A stretch of 64,000 bases of DNA, from the NCBI GenBank assembly GCA_951406725.2, contig OX597814.1, forward strand, positions 68,448,001 to 68,512,000, given 5' to 3'. Source of the stretch: Octopus vulgaris. Lineage: Eukaryota. This document shows, in pieces, positions 24,918 through 38,149 of the stretch. A model generated the notes under the pieces. That model was not told the DNA's origin, did no database searches, and saw only the letters and a list, made by a program, of their open reading frames with translations. Within the stretch, counting starts at the first letter, position 1; every line of letters starts with the position of its first letter. The translations under genes and the position numbers were made by a program.

Positions 24918-27900
24918 CAGGAGATTTCATTCCCATGAAAAATACACAGTATTTTTCAGTACTAACTACTTCTCAGTATGAAGGTGATGCACAATCATGA
25001 CCTTAGTCCAGTGACTTAAACCACTAAAAGTAAAATAAAAGAACATCTGTACACTTCTTGCCATTCAAATGAGTTAAAGAATGAATTAATGAGAGTGACT
25101 GATATCAGAGAGAATTTACTCTAACCATTCGAATAAATAAATTATTCGCTACTTGAAAAATCAAAACTGCTAGATGTTTATAACTTATATCCAGTTTCTT
25201 ATAATACAAGAACATAAATTGTGATTCATTTACAATTCGATATTCTAACTCTAATACATGAAAATCTACATATTTATAGGAATACATAAATTGATGAATC
25301 GAAATTTTGATTAACATTCAATCCGATTTTGTAACAATATTTTCATACAATTTCCGGATGCTTTTTAGCAGCAAATTTCAATTTCCTTTGAGATTTTTTA
25401 TTATTTTCACAACTATTTGCAAGAATATTTTGATTTAGTTTACAAAGAAATAAAATAAAATAAAAATCTATACTCCGTCTACACGTTATTTGAAACTATA
25501 TTTCAGTCTTTCAATCAATTTACGCAACCATTATATCAATGAGAAATTTCCCATCTATTCCTTTCCTATTTGTAATCTTAAATTCATAAAAAGAAAAAAA
25601 AGCGTCAAATGAATCCATTGCGCAGTAATACATCGGAATGGTTACAATATATGAAAACTAGAATATATTTATAAAATATATTGTTACAAGTAACCAATTT
25701 TTCAATTTTAGAGTGAGTTAGAGTGAGTAAATTCATATACGTTAGACGTTCACGCTTACCCAAGAGAAATATAATCTTTTGTGTAATAAAATGGCTGTTG
25801 TGTCATCCCCCAGAAAGCTTAATTCTACAGCAATTGCTATACGGAAGAACTTTTATAACAATGTTTTACTGAAGACACAAAATAACAAATATGAGAGCAT
25901 GTATGTTTCTAGGAATTGTTAAAGCAATATTTTAAAAGCCGATAATTGAAATTAACTGAATTCTAAAGGAAACACTTTGGTGGAGAAAGAATTTCAAAAG
26001 ATACAGTACTAGGCAAAGTGAAAGACAAAAGAAGCAACGAAGTGACAGATTGGATTTGATCCAGAAAGTGTGTAGACATTTAACTTAAAGTGACATGTTC
26101 ATTACTTTTACAGTCTAGGTTGTAGAGAGAAAGATTTATAGCAGCCTGTCGGCGAGTGGGCTTTTGCTGACAGTCGAATAATCTTCCTTTCAATATGATC
26201 AAGATAACAACAAATATAGAAATAGTATTGTCCTATACCTATATATGAGCAGGACATGAATATGGAGTCTATATAGAATCAATACTTGATTAGGACAGGG
26301 CAAATTTCTGGCGTTGAAGAGGAAGTATGTAACGGAAATTGATTTCACATGACCTCACATGTGATGAAGACAGATCATTGTAAACTTTAAAATTTGTTAC
26401 AAGTTTGAATTTTAGTTGTGTTGTCCAAAATTGTGTAAAAACAGTTTTTTGAATATTCGTGTTACGATTGATTTAGTGTTTTTCATACACATACAGCCTG
26501 TAGCGTATATCTCCCACGTTGCGTGATACATGTTCTGAGAAGGTTAAGTAGGATTGAAATGTGGCATTATCAATACAGTTGAGATGTTGGCATTAGCAAA
26601 AACAAGGTTGGCAGTAATAGCGAGAAAAATGTGTAAGGGAACTCATTCAAAGCTTGGTGACCATCCAGTTTGTTAGTGAGCATTGTAACTAAAATGGGAC
26701 AGAATTGCAAGATACTTCTGGTCCAGGTGAAGTGAAGAAGATGGATCACATAGTCGGACAATTAAGATAGTGTATTCTCATGGCTCACCACACTGTAACG
26801 AATAACTTATCAATACGAAGGACAAAAACCTTGCTTTTACAAAGATCGTAGTCATTGAACCTTGTATCAACCAAATAATGGATGTGGCTTATAAGGAAAA
26901 GTAGTTGGTAGCATAAGGTTCTGAGATAAATTACAATAGATAAAAGTAATCGTAGAAGGCAAACGAGATTGAAAATATGGTTGCTTTATCTACACTATTA
27001 GTACAGAGACATTTACAGATGGACAGCGACGTATAGGAAGATGCTACCAAGTTCTTGAAGATCTGTGATTCATCTGCACTTTGGTGAGTGAGCTTATATC
27101 TGTTCGGTGTACGAAAGCATTCTTTCATTTCATGATTATTTTCGTGAATATGATGCGTTTGAGGATACATTTTGATAGCTAATGTATGACTTTCCTAAAG
27201 TCTGGTAGACCATATTCTTTATCTCTATTGCTACAACTAAGCTTAGAATGCATCTCTTCCAAGTCATGACTTCTGTTTGTGCGAAATACGTGAGGAAACC
27301 TGCTTACAACTGCAGTGTAGTTTTCGGTGAACAAACGCAGCTCTACTATTTCAAACATTCACAAATCAAATAATCGGTATCTTTGAATGACATTCAAGGA
27401 GGAGAATGATATCCACTTTAGTTCTTGAAAGTCAGTTTATTTCTTCGAAACGAAACACTAATCTGACTTTCATGCTAACAAATAATCAATTGAAGTGTAA
27501 TGATTTTAATTAAATATGACAGAACAATGAGCTGTTAAACAAAGGTTAAAACTTCAAATGCAACAAGTGTTTAACTCACACATGTAGATATATTAAAATG
27601 AAGAAGTAATCCGGCAAAAATTATTACCGAAAATACAACTTATATGATGTAATGATAGTTAGTAAACAGCTTCGAGCACCATCATAATTCTTTAATTAAT
27701 ATAGTACTACGTACTCCTATTCGATAGTGAATATGATTCCGGATGCTTATCACAATGAATCAGTTATGTTAAATGATGAAAGAAATATCTTACAAATTTC
27801 TTACAGGCAGTGTTGTGTGTTTACATATAACAAGTCTGTGAACATATTTTCTCGGGTATCCTTAGAATGTAAGGTATCAAGTATCTATGGTATCTTTACG

Positions 27901-28247
27901 AGCTTTTAGATTTCGCAACTCAGTCAATTGTGATATTCAATCAAATAGCCTAAAAATGATTAATATTGTTTTCTTTTATCATCTATAATAGCTTGAAAAG
28001 CTCTTGTTTCATGGGATTTGGCTGTGCTAAATATGTAGCTTAGATGAGAAATTACTAAATGAATAAAAAGTCTAATGACTCAAATATTATAAGTTCACCT
28101 TCACTGAAGTTGTCGTTTCAGTGTCTTTATGGATAATCGTTTAATTCATCAGCTTAAAATTTCCCAACGTCTTTTAAATTACAAAAGAGGGTAAAATAAG
28201 TCTCCAAAGTCTAATTGGATAATTAGACACTTACACTAAACCAGTAA

Positions 28248-28450
28248 CTATACTACTACTACTACTACTACTTCTATTGCGAATGTTGCTGCTACTGATA
28301 CTGCTATTGCTGCTGCTGCTGCACTGCTATTACAGCATCTGCTGCTGTTGTTGTGCTGTTCTTACTGCTGCTGCTACTACTACCACCACCACCACCACCA
28401 CTACTACTACTACTAATACTACTACTACTGCTACTACTACTACTACAAGT
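28248..28450. repeat. compound (TAC)/(TGC)/(CAC) microsatellite
   Basis: Direct reading. Confidence 0.9.
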
Positions 28451-29062
28451 AATGCTACAAAAGCAATAATTATCATGTTGATAAAGCTACATATTTTTAA
28501 ATAAGTTTATAGTCTATTAAATCGACGTCATATTTTATTTTATGCCCTGACTCAAGAAGACTAAGCTATTTAATCGAAAATGGGAATTATGGTCGGAATA
28601 ATTTTTTTTTTATTCCATAAACACCTCTAAAGCAGTAGAAAAATTGGTCTCAAGTTTAAAAACCAGCTTGATTACATATTTTATGATTTACTGAGTAAGT
28701 TCATGTTAGTAAACTTAAACATATATGATATTAGTTTAGCTATATTAACAAAAGCATCAAATTAGTACACAGTGAGTTCATTATTCCTTTTTTAATAGGA
28801 AATCATAATTTTGATATTGTCTCGTATAAAATAGGAAAACGTCTACAAATGAAATGGATTATATTCATAGTATTAATCGTCCTCAACAAAAATATTGATA
28901 TGGTTTAATATTTGAGAAACTTCAGCAGATTTTATACAACAATAATTAGTTTTGCTATTTTTATTCTCTGAATTAATCTCGATGTTGCTGAAATTTTCAT
29001 TAAATACTTCATGAAATGAATATAAATGCTAATCAGTTTTCTATGAATAAAATGACCATTTC

Positions 29063-29460
29063 AGGCGCAGGCATGGCTGTATGTTTAAGAAGTTCGGTTT
29101 GCTACCGTGTAGTGTCGGGTTCAGTACCACTAAATGGCAGCTAGGGCAAGTATCTACTACTCTAGCCCCAATGCTGACTTAAGTCTTGTGAGTGAATTGG
29201 TAGACGGAAAATGGGTGGAGACCATTCATGTAAACTTAAGTGTGTGTGTGCGTGCTTGTGTGTGTTTGTGTTTGTCATGCTTCCTACCACTTTACAACAG
29301 CTACCGGTTTGTGTATATCATCAACAACAAAGCCAAGAGAATAGCTACCAGACTTTAAAAAGAGAAATTAAGTACTTGGGCGATTTGTTTAACTGCACCA
29401 TTCATGAGAGTACCCCAGCATGGCCACAGTCGAATGACAGAAACAAGTAAAAGATAAAAA
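29063..29460 (+). mobile_element. tRNA-derived SINE (family A), full length, diverged
   Basis: ggcgcaggcatggctgt..ttaagaag (A-box-like), gggttcagtacc (B-box-like), tail cagcatggccacagtcgaatgacagaaacaagtaaaaga. Confidence 0.8.
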
Positions 29461-29529
29461 ATATATACTTATTATTCTTACGCTAGTGCATGCTAATTTA
29501 GTTTGCAGGTATTTTATCTTGAGGTTTGG

Positions 29530-30975
29530 TGAATCATTCTTAGGAATCATGCAGGATATAGAATTGTACTAAACCCACAAGTCAGCAATGCACGGGCGCT
29601 GAACAGTTTTTGTTGCTCTACCGAGCAATTGTTGCTCTACATTGCAGATATCCAGCCTCGGAAAACAGGATTAAGCCTGCAACCATGATTTGTGGTTGAC
29701 TCTATCGAAGTCGTTTAGTTGATCCAAAATTAAAAGGGCCCAACCCATGCCGGCGTCTTTACCTACCTTGCGTATGATATCTGTTCGGGATTGCGCATGT
29801 TTGCGCATCACCAGTCAGTTCCTCAACAACAAGCGACAACCTCTTCGTTAACACCTTGGCCAACATTTTCAAATATGTGTTCAGCAGCGTTGTGGGCCTA
29901 AAAAGTTTCTATTTGATCCCCTTTTGGGGTCCGTTCACATTAGTGTCACTGCTCCACAACGCAGAGAGGTAATAATTTTATCGTTCTGCTACCTGTTGCG
30001 GCAGATAGCTGCTAAGAGGCGGTCAAACAAGTCTAGCATATAAAAGTAAAACTCAATGACAAACCATCGAAACGAGGCAGTTTTCCCCTGTAAATGCCAT
30101 CACTGCATCCCGTATTTTCGCAGCTGTTATCGTTTGCGTAACGTTCCGCCTCTCTTTCCGAGAGTTGTGGCATGCCGTCGAGGATGGTACTGAAGTCCAT
30201 CTTGCGTTCCTCACTACCATTCACCCCAAACAGTTGATGCAAATGGTACTGAGAAATAGCACGCATTTTGGTCTACAAAACACCGAATCACGGTTTTGTT
30301 GCCACGTTGCACTTCTGTCGAGCGACTTTCGTTCCTTCATTTCTTTGGCGTTGAAGAATTGGTCCAGGATCAGTCCCGCTATGAGCACGTCGGTTGAGAT
30401 GTCTTTCCCAAGCACCTGTTCTCAGTTTCCTTCAATTGTATTTCACGTTATCGCAAATGCCATACTAAATTTAATAGATTCTACTCTAATTGCTGATTTC
30501 AGAGTAAACCATCATATGTTTTTGACAACTGACCACGTCAAATCCTGCTTAACTATTTCATTAATCTGGTCTCTGTAAGCTTGACACACCGGGGGTTACA
30601 CGTTTATTGTCCAGTAGATGAGTTCCTGCCTAAAAAGCCTATTTAGGTCGATCATGCAGATCACAAACTTGTGGTCTGTGTAGCCGATGATTAAAAAAAG
30701 AAAGTGTACATCTTATGCTATCCTTATCTACTGGCTTACGGTCTACTCTATTTAGATACGACTTAGATAACCCGATGCAGTCAGTGCAAGTCAACACTGA
30801 CACATTCGGAAGATCCAATTAGTATCTATTATTCAGCTGGAAACGTCTGAGCCGGTTTGCGAGGTTTTTGCAAACCACCCTTCTAGCGACTATTCCTACA
30901 CAGTTTAAACGTGTGTCCAAGACGGCGTTTCAGTAACCCAGTAGCACTTAAGGTTGTGACGTCTTCTGGAAACAA
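29530..30975 (-). mobile_element. Tx1/L1-like LINE ORF2 remnant (APE C-terminus and RT N-terminus), interrupted at ~30415-30575
   Basis: Minus strand NAVLD, IGYTDHKFV, GKLPRFDGL, FRPTTLLNTYLKMLAKVLTKRL, FDRVNH. Confidence 0.8.
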
Positions 30976-31329
30976 CTATTGCTGTTGTTGTTGTTGCTAT
31001 TGCTATTGTTGTTATTGTTGCTGTTGATGCTAGTGTTGCTTTTGCTACTACTGCTGCTGTTGCTTTGACTGATTGTTACAATTTCACTATTCCGTTCTGT
31101 GAAAAGATTACTTTTCTTTTCCGACATCTTTCTTTTTCAAACAGAAAACTGAAGGGTGTGTCTACTAAACAAACACCAATTTAGCTCCAAAGGGCTACAG
31201 ATGTAGAACTCAAACCTTAGGTTACCTATAAAATGACAATAAATGTACAAAATATAACCTTGTGTAATAACAAAGTTACGCCAGTCATATACAATACGTG
31301 TTGATAGACGAACAAACTAATAATAATAA

Positions 31330-31541
31330 TGAATTCAAATTTTGGAACAAGGGCAGCTATTTCGGATGAGGGGATAAGTTGGTTATATTGACCCCGGTGT
31401 CCAACTAGTACTTATTTTATCGACCTCGAATGAGGACAGGCAAAGTCGAACTCGGCGGCATGTGAACTCAGAACATAAAGATGGACTTAATGTCGCTATG
31501 CATTCAGTCCGGCGTGCTAACGATTCTGCCAGCTCGACGCC

Positions 31542-31543
<2 letters not shown>
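31330..31543 (-). mobile_element. tRNA-derived SINE (family B, Deu/Nin-domain-like core)
   Basis: Minus strand aaggcgtcgagctggcagaatcgttagcacgccgg..ctgagttcacat..gtcgataaaataagtactag; matches 39546, 49300 and 63645. Confidence 0.85.
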
Positions 31544-31596
<53 letters not shown>

Positions 31597-31624
31597 TAAT
31601 AATAATAATAGTAGTAGTAGTAGT

Positions 31625-31700
<76 letters not shown>

Positions 31701-31732
31701 ATAATGATAATAATAATAATAATAATGATAAT

Positions 31733-31790
<58 letters not shown>
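31544..31790. repeat. compound (TAA)/(TAG)/(CAG)/(TAA) microsatellite
   Basis: Direct reading. Confidence 0.95.
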
Positions 31791-31794
<4 letters not shown>

Positions 31795-31936
31795 TAATTT
31801 AAAAAATGAACGAACTAGTGAGTTTAATGGCCTACGAATGTATACTATGAGTTTCTTTGCCCTAGGAGTCGGGAAGACACTCGGCAAGAAATGGAAGCAA
31901 ATTTGAAAGAAGAAAAAAAAGATAATAATAATAATG

Positions 31937-31986
<50 letters not shown>

Positions 31987-33856
31987 CATAAAATTCATAG
32001 AGCACTCTATGAATAAATGGCAAACAGTCCTACACCTCCAAACAAAAGAGGGACTCATGAAAACCAAAGACATCCCCATTAGAAGAGGAATATTCCAGGG
32101 AGACACGCTCTCTCCACTCCTTTTCTGCTTGGCACTGTCACTTCTATCTGATATACTAAATAGAACTAGATGCGGATATAAATGTTACGGCAAAACGATC
32201 AGCCACCTTTTATATATGGATGACCTAAAACTATACGCTGCAAATGACAAACAGCTGGAAACACTATTAAAGACAGTTCATGGATTTACCAAAGAAATAG
32301 ATATGAAATTTGGATTAGAAAAATGCGCCAAAGTAACCATGAAAAGAGGAAAACTAGTTAAGAGTAACATCACACTAGATAAAACCAATGAAATAAAAGA
32401 ATTAGACCAAAGCCAAACTTACAAATACTTAGGAATCCATGAACTAGATAAGACACAACACACACAAATGAAAGAGAAAATAAAAAAAGAATATTATAGA
32501 CGAGTTAGATCAATACTAAAAACAGAGCTCAATGCTAAAAACAAGATAATAGGTATCAACACTTTAGCTGTCCCAGTTATAAGTTGCAGCTACAATATCC
32601 TTAACTGGACATGAAATGAACTGACCAAAATAGATAGGAAAACAAGAAAAATAATGACATGCATCACCCAAAATCTGACATAGAAAGACTATATATACAA
32701 CGTATAGAAGGTGGCAGAGGCCTTATACAGCTGGAAAACTACTATAAAATAACCAACATAGGACTGCAAAAATATCTACTTCAGAAGGAAGGAAAACTGA
32801 TCCAGATAGCGGCAAAACACGAGCAAAACAAAAAACTGTTCTCAGTATTTAAGGAAGCTGACAAATACAAACAAGAAATCATAACACCTAATAAACATGA
32901 AGAAGAAGAAGAAGAAGATGAAGAAACAACAAAAGCTATAAAACAAATGAAATCCAAACTAAAAATAGAACAGCAACGAACCATGATAAAACGATGGCAA
33001 GAAAAGCCCCTTCATGGTAAATACTGGACTAAACTAAACGCAAAAGAAATAGACAAAGAAAAATCCCAGCAATGGTTGAGAAGCTCAGGACTCAAAGCAG
33101 AAACAGAGGGATTTTTAATTGCAGCACAAGACCAAATCCTCCCCACCAGAAATTACCAAAAACATGTAATGAAAAGAAATATAACAAGTAACTGCAGAAT
33201 ATGTGGAGATGGACAAGAAACAATAAATCATATTATCTCTAGCTGCCCAGTCCTGGCTAAGAAGGAATATATTCACAGACATGACAGAGTTGGAACCTAC
33301 ATACATTGGAAGCTATGCCAACATTATGGAATAACAACAGAAAAAGATGGTATAGGCACACACCAGAAAAGGTCACAGAAAACGAGAAAGCAACCATACT
33401 CTGGGATATGCCGATATAGACAGATAGAGAAATTAAGGCCAACAGACCAGATATAGTTGTCAGAGATCATGAAGAAAAAAAAATGCTTTCTAATTGATGT
33501 ATCAATACCGGCAGATAACAACGTGGCTCTAAAAGAAATGGAGAAACTCTCAAAATACAAAAACCTGGAAATAGAGGTAACTAGAATGTGGAATCTGAAA
33601 ACAGAAACAATTCCTATCATAGTAGGTGCATTAGGCATGATAAAAAAATATTCAGACAAATACATAACAAAAACACCAGGATTTACAAACACATATAACA
33701 TACAGAAAATTGCACTACTAGGCACTGCACACATCCTACGCAGAACACTTTCCATACAATAACCATCAGAGCATCACAACAAATCATAGCACATACCCAA
33801 GGCACACAGAGCTGCGATCGGTAGTGAAGTGAAAGCACGCTATAAAAATAAAACTA

Positions 33857-33860
<4 letters not shown>
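31987..33860 (+). mobile_element. young 5'-truncated Dong/R4-like RLE non-LTR retrotransposon inserted in (TAA)n
   Basis: GIFQGDTLSPLLF, YMDDLKLY, YKYLG, CCHC knuckle CRIC..ETINHIISSC, RHD, PD..D nuclease, KLSKY, QKIALLGTAHILR*; short 3' UTR; (TAA)n on both sides; few lesions. Confidence 0.95.
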
Positions 33861-33915
<55 letters not shown>

Positions 33916-34015
33916 TAATAATAATAATTATTATTATTCTTATTCTTCCTTTTATTATTATCATTATTATTATTATCATTATTATTATCATTATTATTAT
34001 TGTTATTATTATTAT
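33861..34015. repeat. (TAA)n followed by (TTA)n, a palindromic microsatellite
   Basis: Polarity switch at about 33927. Confidence 0.9.
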
Positions 34016-34016
34016 C

Positions 34017-34270
34017 GAGTGAGAGAGCAGTGCATGCAGTCAAAGTGACACTGGGGTAAAATATACGAAGCTCAGTATACCCATCATGACTATCCGTCTG
34101 ATAAGGGTACACTAGGCACATGCATCACAACCATATGTGCATGACATGGTGATCTCATATGAAGATAAACAGCACATGACCTTCCAGGTGGGGCTCAGTT
34201 AGAATTTTCTTCTGGTCGAGTAACACATCCCGCTCAAAAGGTCCCTGAATAAGGGTTGTTTAAAGATGTT
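34017..34270 (-). mobile_element. 3' half of the TAA-tailed ~560-bp repeat
   Basis: High identity to 38902-39155. Confidence 0.9.
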
Positions 34271-34289
34271 CAAATTTTTAGAGATAGTT

Positions 34290-34479
34290 CACAATGCATC
34301 TATAGCTACTGGAGTACATTTTACCCGCACTTTCCAGAGTATCTGTAATTCAATGGTTAGTTCCTGGTACATTGATATTTTTTCTATACATTTGATATTG
34401 ACTCTTTCATCATTTGGGACTGTAAAGTTAATCATCTGGCATTTTCTATTCTCTTTATTTACTACTACTGCTGCTGCTG

Positions 34480-34527
<48 letters not shown>

Positions 34528-37500
34528 TAAATCAGGCATTCTAGCTTCTTTTACTCTATCAGCCTGAATGTTAAAGTCCCTCAACATCTTGTATTTCTTA
34601 CTTTCTAGTACTTTACTAGGTTCATATTCATACCATTTGCCAGTATGTTCATAGGTTTCTATTTAACTCTCAGTGGATTGCTCTCCCTAGATTATCATGT
34701 CTTTTCTTATATTCTTTCTGTGCCAGCATGCTAGTTTTACTTACTATATGAATAACGCTTTCCTCTGTTGATTTGTATAACCTACATTGCGAATCTACTT
34801 AGTTTTTGTCCATCTTGACTTTTATCCACTTAATCCTTAATGTTTAATCTTGTGCAGCTACTAACAAATTCCCTGTCTCCCTTTTCAGCTTTCCTTTCTG
34901 CAATCATAACCATGTCTCACTCCTATTATTTGCTGAAACAATCTTTGGGTATCTACATGCAAAGCATTCACTTGCCAGTTGGATAATTTCTGTTCTTTTC
35001 CTAGTTTTTAACTTTGATTGGATTCTTGGTTTCCCAATGTTTTATTGTGATTCTAGCATATTTTAATAAACTTTCTTCACTATTACTTAGGTATGAGTCT
35101 ATATCTACTCTAGCTAACACCACGCAGTCTTCTACTGATATTAACCATTTTCCGCCTTCCTTTCTAGGTAAATATTATCTTGCTATTCCTGCACTTCGAT
35201 GGAGTCTTCCATTCATATTGAATTCCTTCCTAGTTCTTCTGTCTAGTTTTGCTAGTTCAGTTTTTCTCCAATCTACAAAAGCTGCTGAGTATTTAAGTAA
35301 AGATACTTTCCAAGTATTTATAGCCTTCACTAGATCGGGACCATTTAGCTTTGACTTCATTGGCTTCCTTATCCTTTTGATGTACTCCTTCTCAATTTTC
35401 AGTTTGATTTCTATATTTAGTACTTTGTCAGATTCTAATACTCCTAGATACTTATAACTCTCTCTCCTCCTTTCATTTATTTTAATGTCTTATCATCAGG
35501 TAATTGGATGCCTTTGCTGTTGACTACCTGTCCCTTTCTCATGACTAATATTGCACATTTCCTATGTCAAATTGCATGCTTATACCTTTGCTGAAGAATG
35601 GTACACTCTGTATCAAGGAATCTATCTGTTTTTCATACTTAATAAAAAGCTTCAGATCATCCATGTAGAGTAAATGGTTAATGTTTCCCTTACTATTTCT
35701 GAACTGGTACCTTGCCTTTGCTTTCCTCAATACTAAGCTGACTGGGATCAAGCATAAGACAAATATTAAAGGGGACAACATGGCCCCTGGAGAATTCCTC
35801 TTTTGATATTATCATTCCCTAAGAATGTTACCTGAGTACTTTCTATTTCTACAAGCTAAAGCTAATTCTCTTATGTTGACAGCTATACTGAATTTACTCC
35901 AACATTCACTTATCCATGAGTGTGGGATCATGTTATAAGCTTTCCTATAAACCATCCATGCTACTGTTAGATGTTTCTTACTAGCTTTTACTTCGTTTAG
36001 AACTGCTTTGTCTATGTATAATAGATCATGCGTTTCTCTAGCCTTCTTCCTGCAACCGTTCTGTTCCTCTGGCAATAAATTCTAGTTGTCAAGGTGCTCG
36101 TAAATGCTTTCTGAAAGCATTCCTCTTAACAGTTTCTGTACTAATAGTAAGCAAGCAAGTGGTCTATAGCTGCTAGCTGTATTACTCTTCCTTCTATCTT
36201 TCATAATGAGTATTGCCCTCCCACTATTCATCCAATCTGGTATTATTCCTCCATTAAGGAAATCCTGAAATTGTTCCCTCAGCCTCTCATGTAAACCACT
36301 AAATTTCTTTGGCAAGTACCCTGGAACTAAATCCGGTCCTGGGCCCTTTCAATTCGGCATTTTCCTAACACTTTACTCATTAATGCTCTGGTTAGTCTTA
36401 GATCTGGCTGCTTCTCAGTTACTACTCCTTCCCTCCCTTTTTTTAACCATACTGTATCTTCATTGTGATTGACAGGATTATCCCAAATATTACTTCAGAA
36501 ATTTCTTGCTTCTTCTGCATTAGGTTTCTCATCTTCAATACTTTTTTCACTATTTATTTGGTTACGAAATCTTCTCTAGTCTGTCTCAAAGAATCTATTC
36601 TGTTGATACTGATCTATTCTGTTCTGATATTTGGAGAATTTGCCTGCTGCTGCTATGATACCCTGTTTCAACTCTTCTATTACTGTCCCAAATCCTTTCC
36701 CTTTGACTATGTATCTTTTCTGAAGGGAAGATTTGCATCATATGTTTTCTAGCTTGTTCAGTTTTCTATTCTATTCAGATGTCTTAAAGTCTTTACTTTA
36801 TTTTTCTTTCCCACATTTGCTCCTTTTTAATATTTCCTTATGAGATATATAATCTTGTATTGACTACTGCCTCTCCTGCGTAGATCAATAAGTTACTGTC
36901 TCCTATATTTTAGAATATATCCTACTGATAACATAATCTTCTTTGCTAGTCATTTCTAGCAGCTTCCTTTTGTTGGTGCCTTTTAATGTTGGTAAGCTTT
37001 TCTACTTCCTTACTCATTACTCATCTAAAACCTTCCGATCTTCCTCAATTAAATCCCTTAAGTCGATGGTGCCAGTTGGCCCTTTCTTATTGGTAGCGCA
37101 GTTGTTATGTTTTCATTTAGGTTCTTCTTTGGTTTGAGCTGTATCTCTTATGTTGTTGCTTGTCTTTCCTACTACTTCGTCTTTCTTTTCCAATTCTCTT
37201 GTGATCCCTTCTACTTCAACTTCTATCATCCATTTTTTTCTAATAGCATTAGCTTGATCTATAAATCTCAGCTCATTCACTTTAAATATACCCTTCTCTA
37301 CCCAGTGTTAACATCCGTTTTCTATAGCCCCTTCTTTTAGGTTCACTTACTAAGTAGCGCTGCATCACTATCCTGTTTTCTTCGCTGGTCCACTTCCTCC
37401 TCCTTACTCTATTATCTGCTGGTGTTGCATTAGGATACAGCTTTGTTCAGTCTGCATTTTTACTTGACCGCTGCCGAGCGAGAAGGTCCAGCTTCATTCT

Positions 37501-37560
37501 CGCTTTTACAACCAGCGTTCCTTCGGAAACTCCTGTCTCTTATAAACTAAGGTAGGTTAA
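34290..37560 (-). mobile_element. near full-length decayed R4/Dong-like RLE retrotransposon, split by (TAC)n at ~34461-34527
   Basis: YRPLACLL, EEQNGCRK, YRKAYNMIPHSW, LSPLIFVLCL, NHLLYMDDLKLF, LNGPDLVKAINTW; same family as 13690-16080. Confidence 0.9.
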
Positions 37561-37793
37561 CGTCCGTCACCATTGTCATCACCACAATTACTTTTCGACA
37601 TCTGATAGCTTCAAACAACTTTATATAACATCATTCGTTGCACCTTTGTGCTGGTAGGGTAGTGCATTCTTTGTGGGATGGGGGATATTATTTTATATCA
37701 GTATGTTTTGTTATGGGGTTTGGTTTGAGTTTTCTTTTATATTCTTTCTTGTATTGTGTATTGTTTCTGCAGCGCAGGTTGTGTTCTTCTGTC

Positions 37794-37878
37794 GGGTATA
37801 TGGCGTAGTGGTTAAGAGCGCCTGCTACTAAACCCAAGATTCCGAGTTCGATTCCAGACAGTGACCTGAATAATAATG

Positions 37879-37948
<70 letters not shown>

Positions 37949-38145
37949 CAACAACAACAACATCGAAAAATACCTTAGGAATGAGAACCCAGGTTCGAAA
38001 TTTCCCCAAGACACCTGATGATGGCAGGAGGGTATATCAACCGAAACGTTGTGTCAACAACAAACAAGATGAGGATAAGTATCTGTCAAATATAAATAAT
38101 GTAAATAATGAACGTAATTCCTCATCTCTTAAATATAGAACCGTA
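37794..38145 (+). mobile_element. tRNA-head + (TAA)n/(CAA)n + hammerhead composite repeat
   Basis: A box tggcgtagtgg, B box gagttcgattcc, microsatellite 37869-37961, then GACAC CUGAUGA U GGCAG..CAACC GAAA CG UU GUGUC at 38010-38055. Confidence 0.85.
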
Positions 38146-38149
38146 TAAA

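Noticed and set aside
37794-37868. tRNA gene
   Set aside because: A and B boxes are present but the acceptor stem does not close; it is the head of a repeat also found at 10668-10743.
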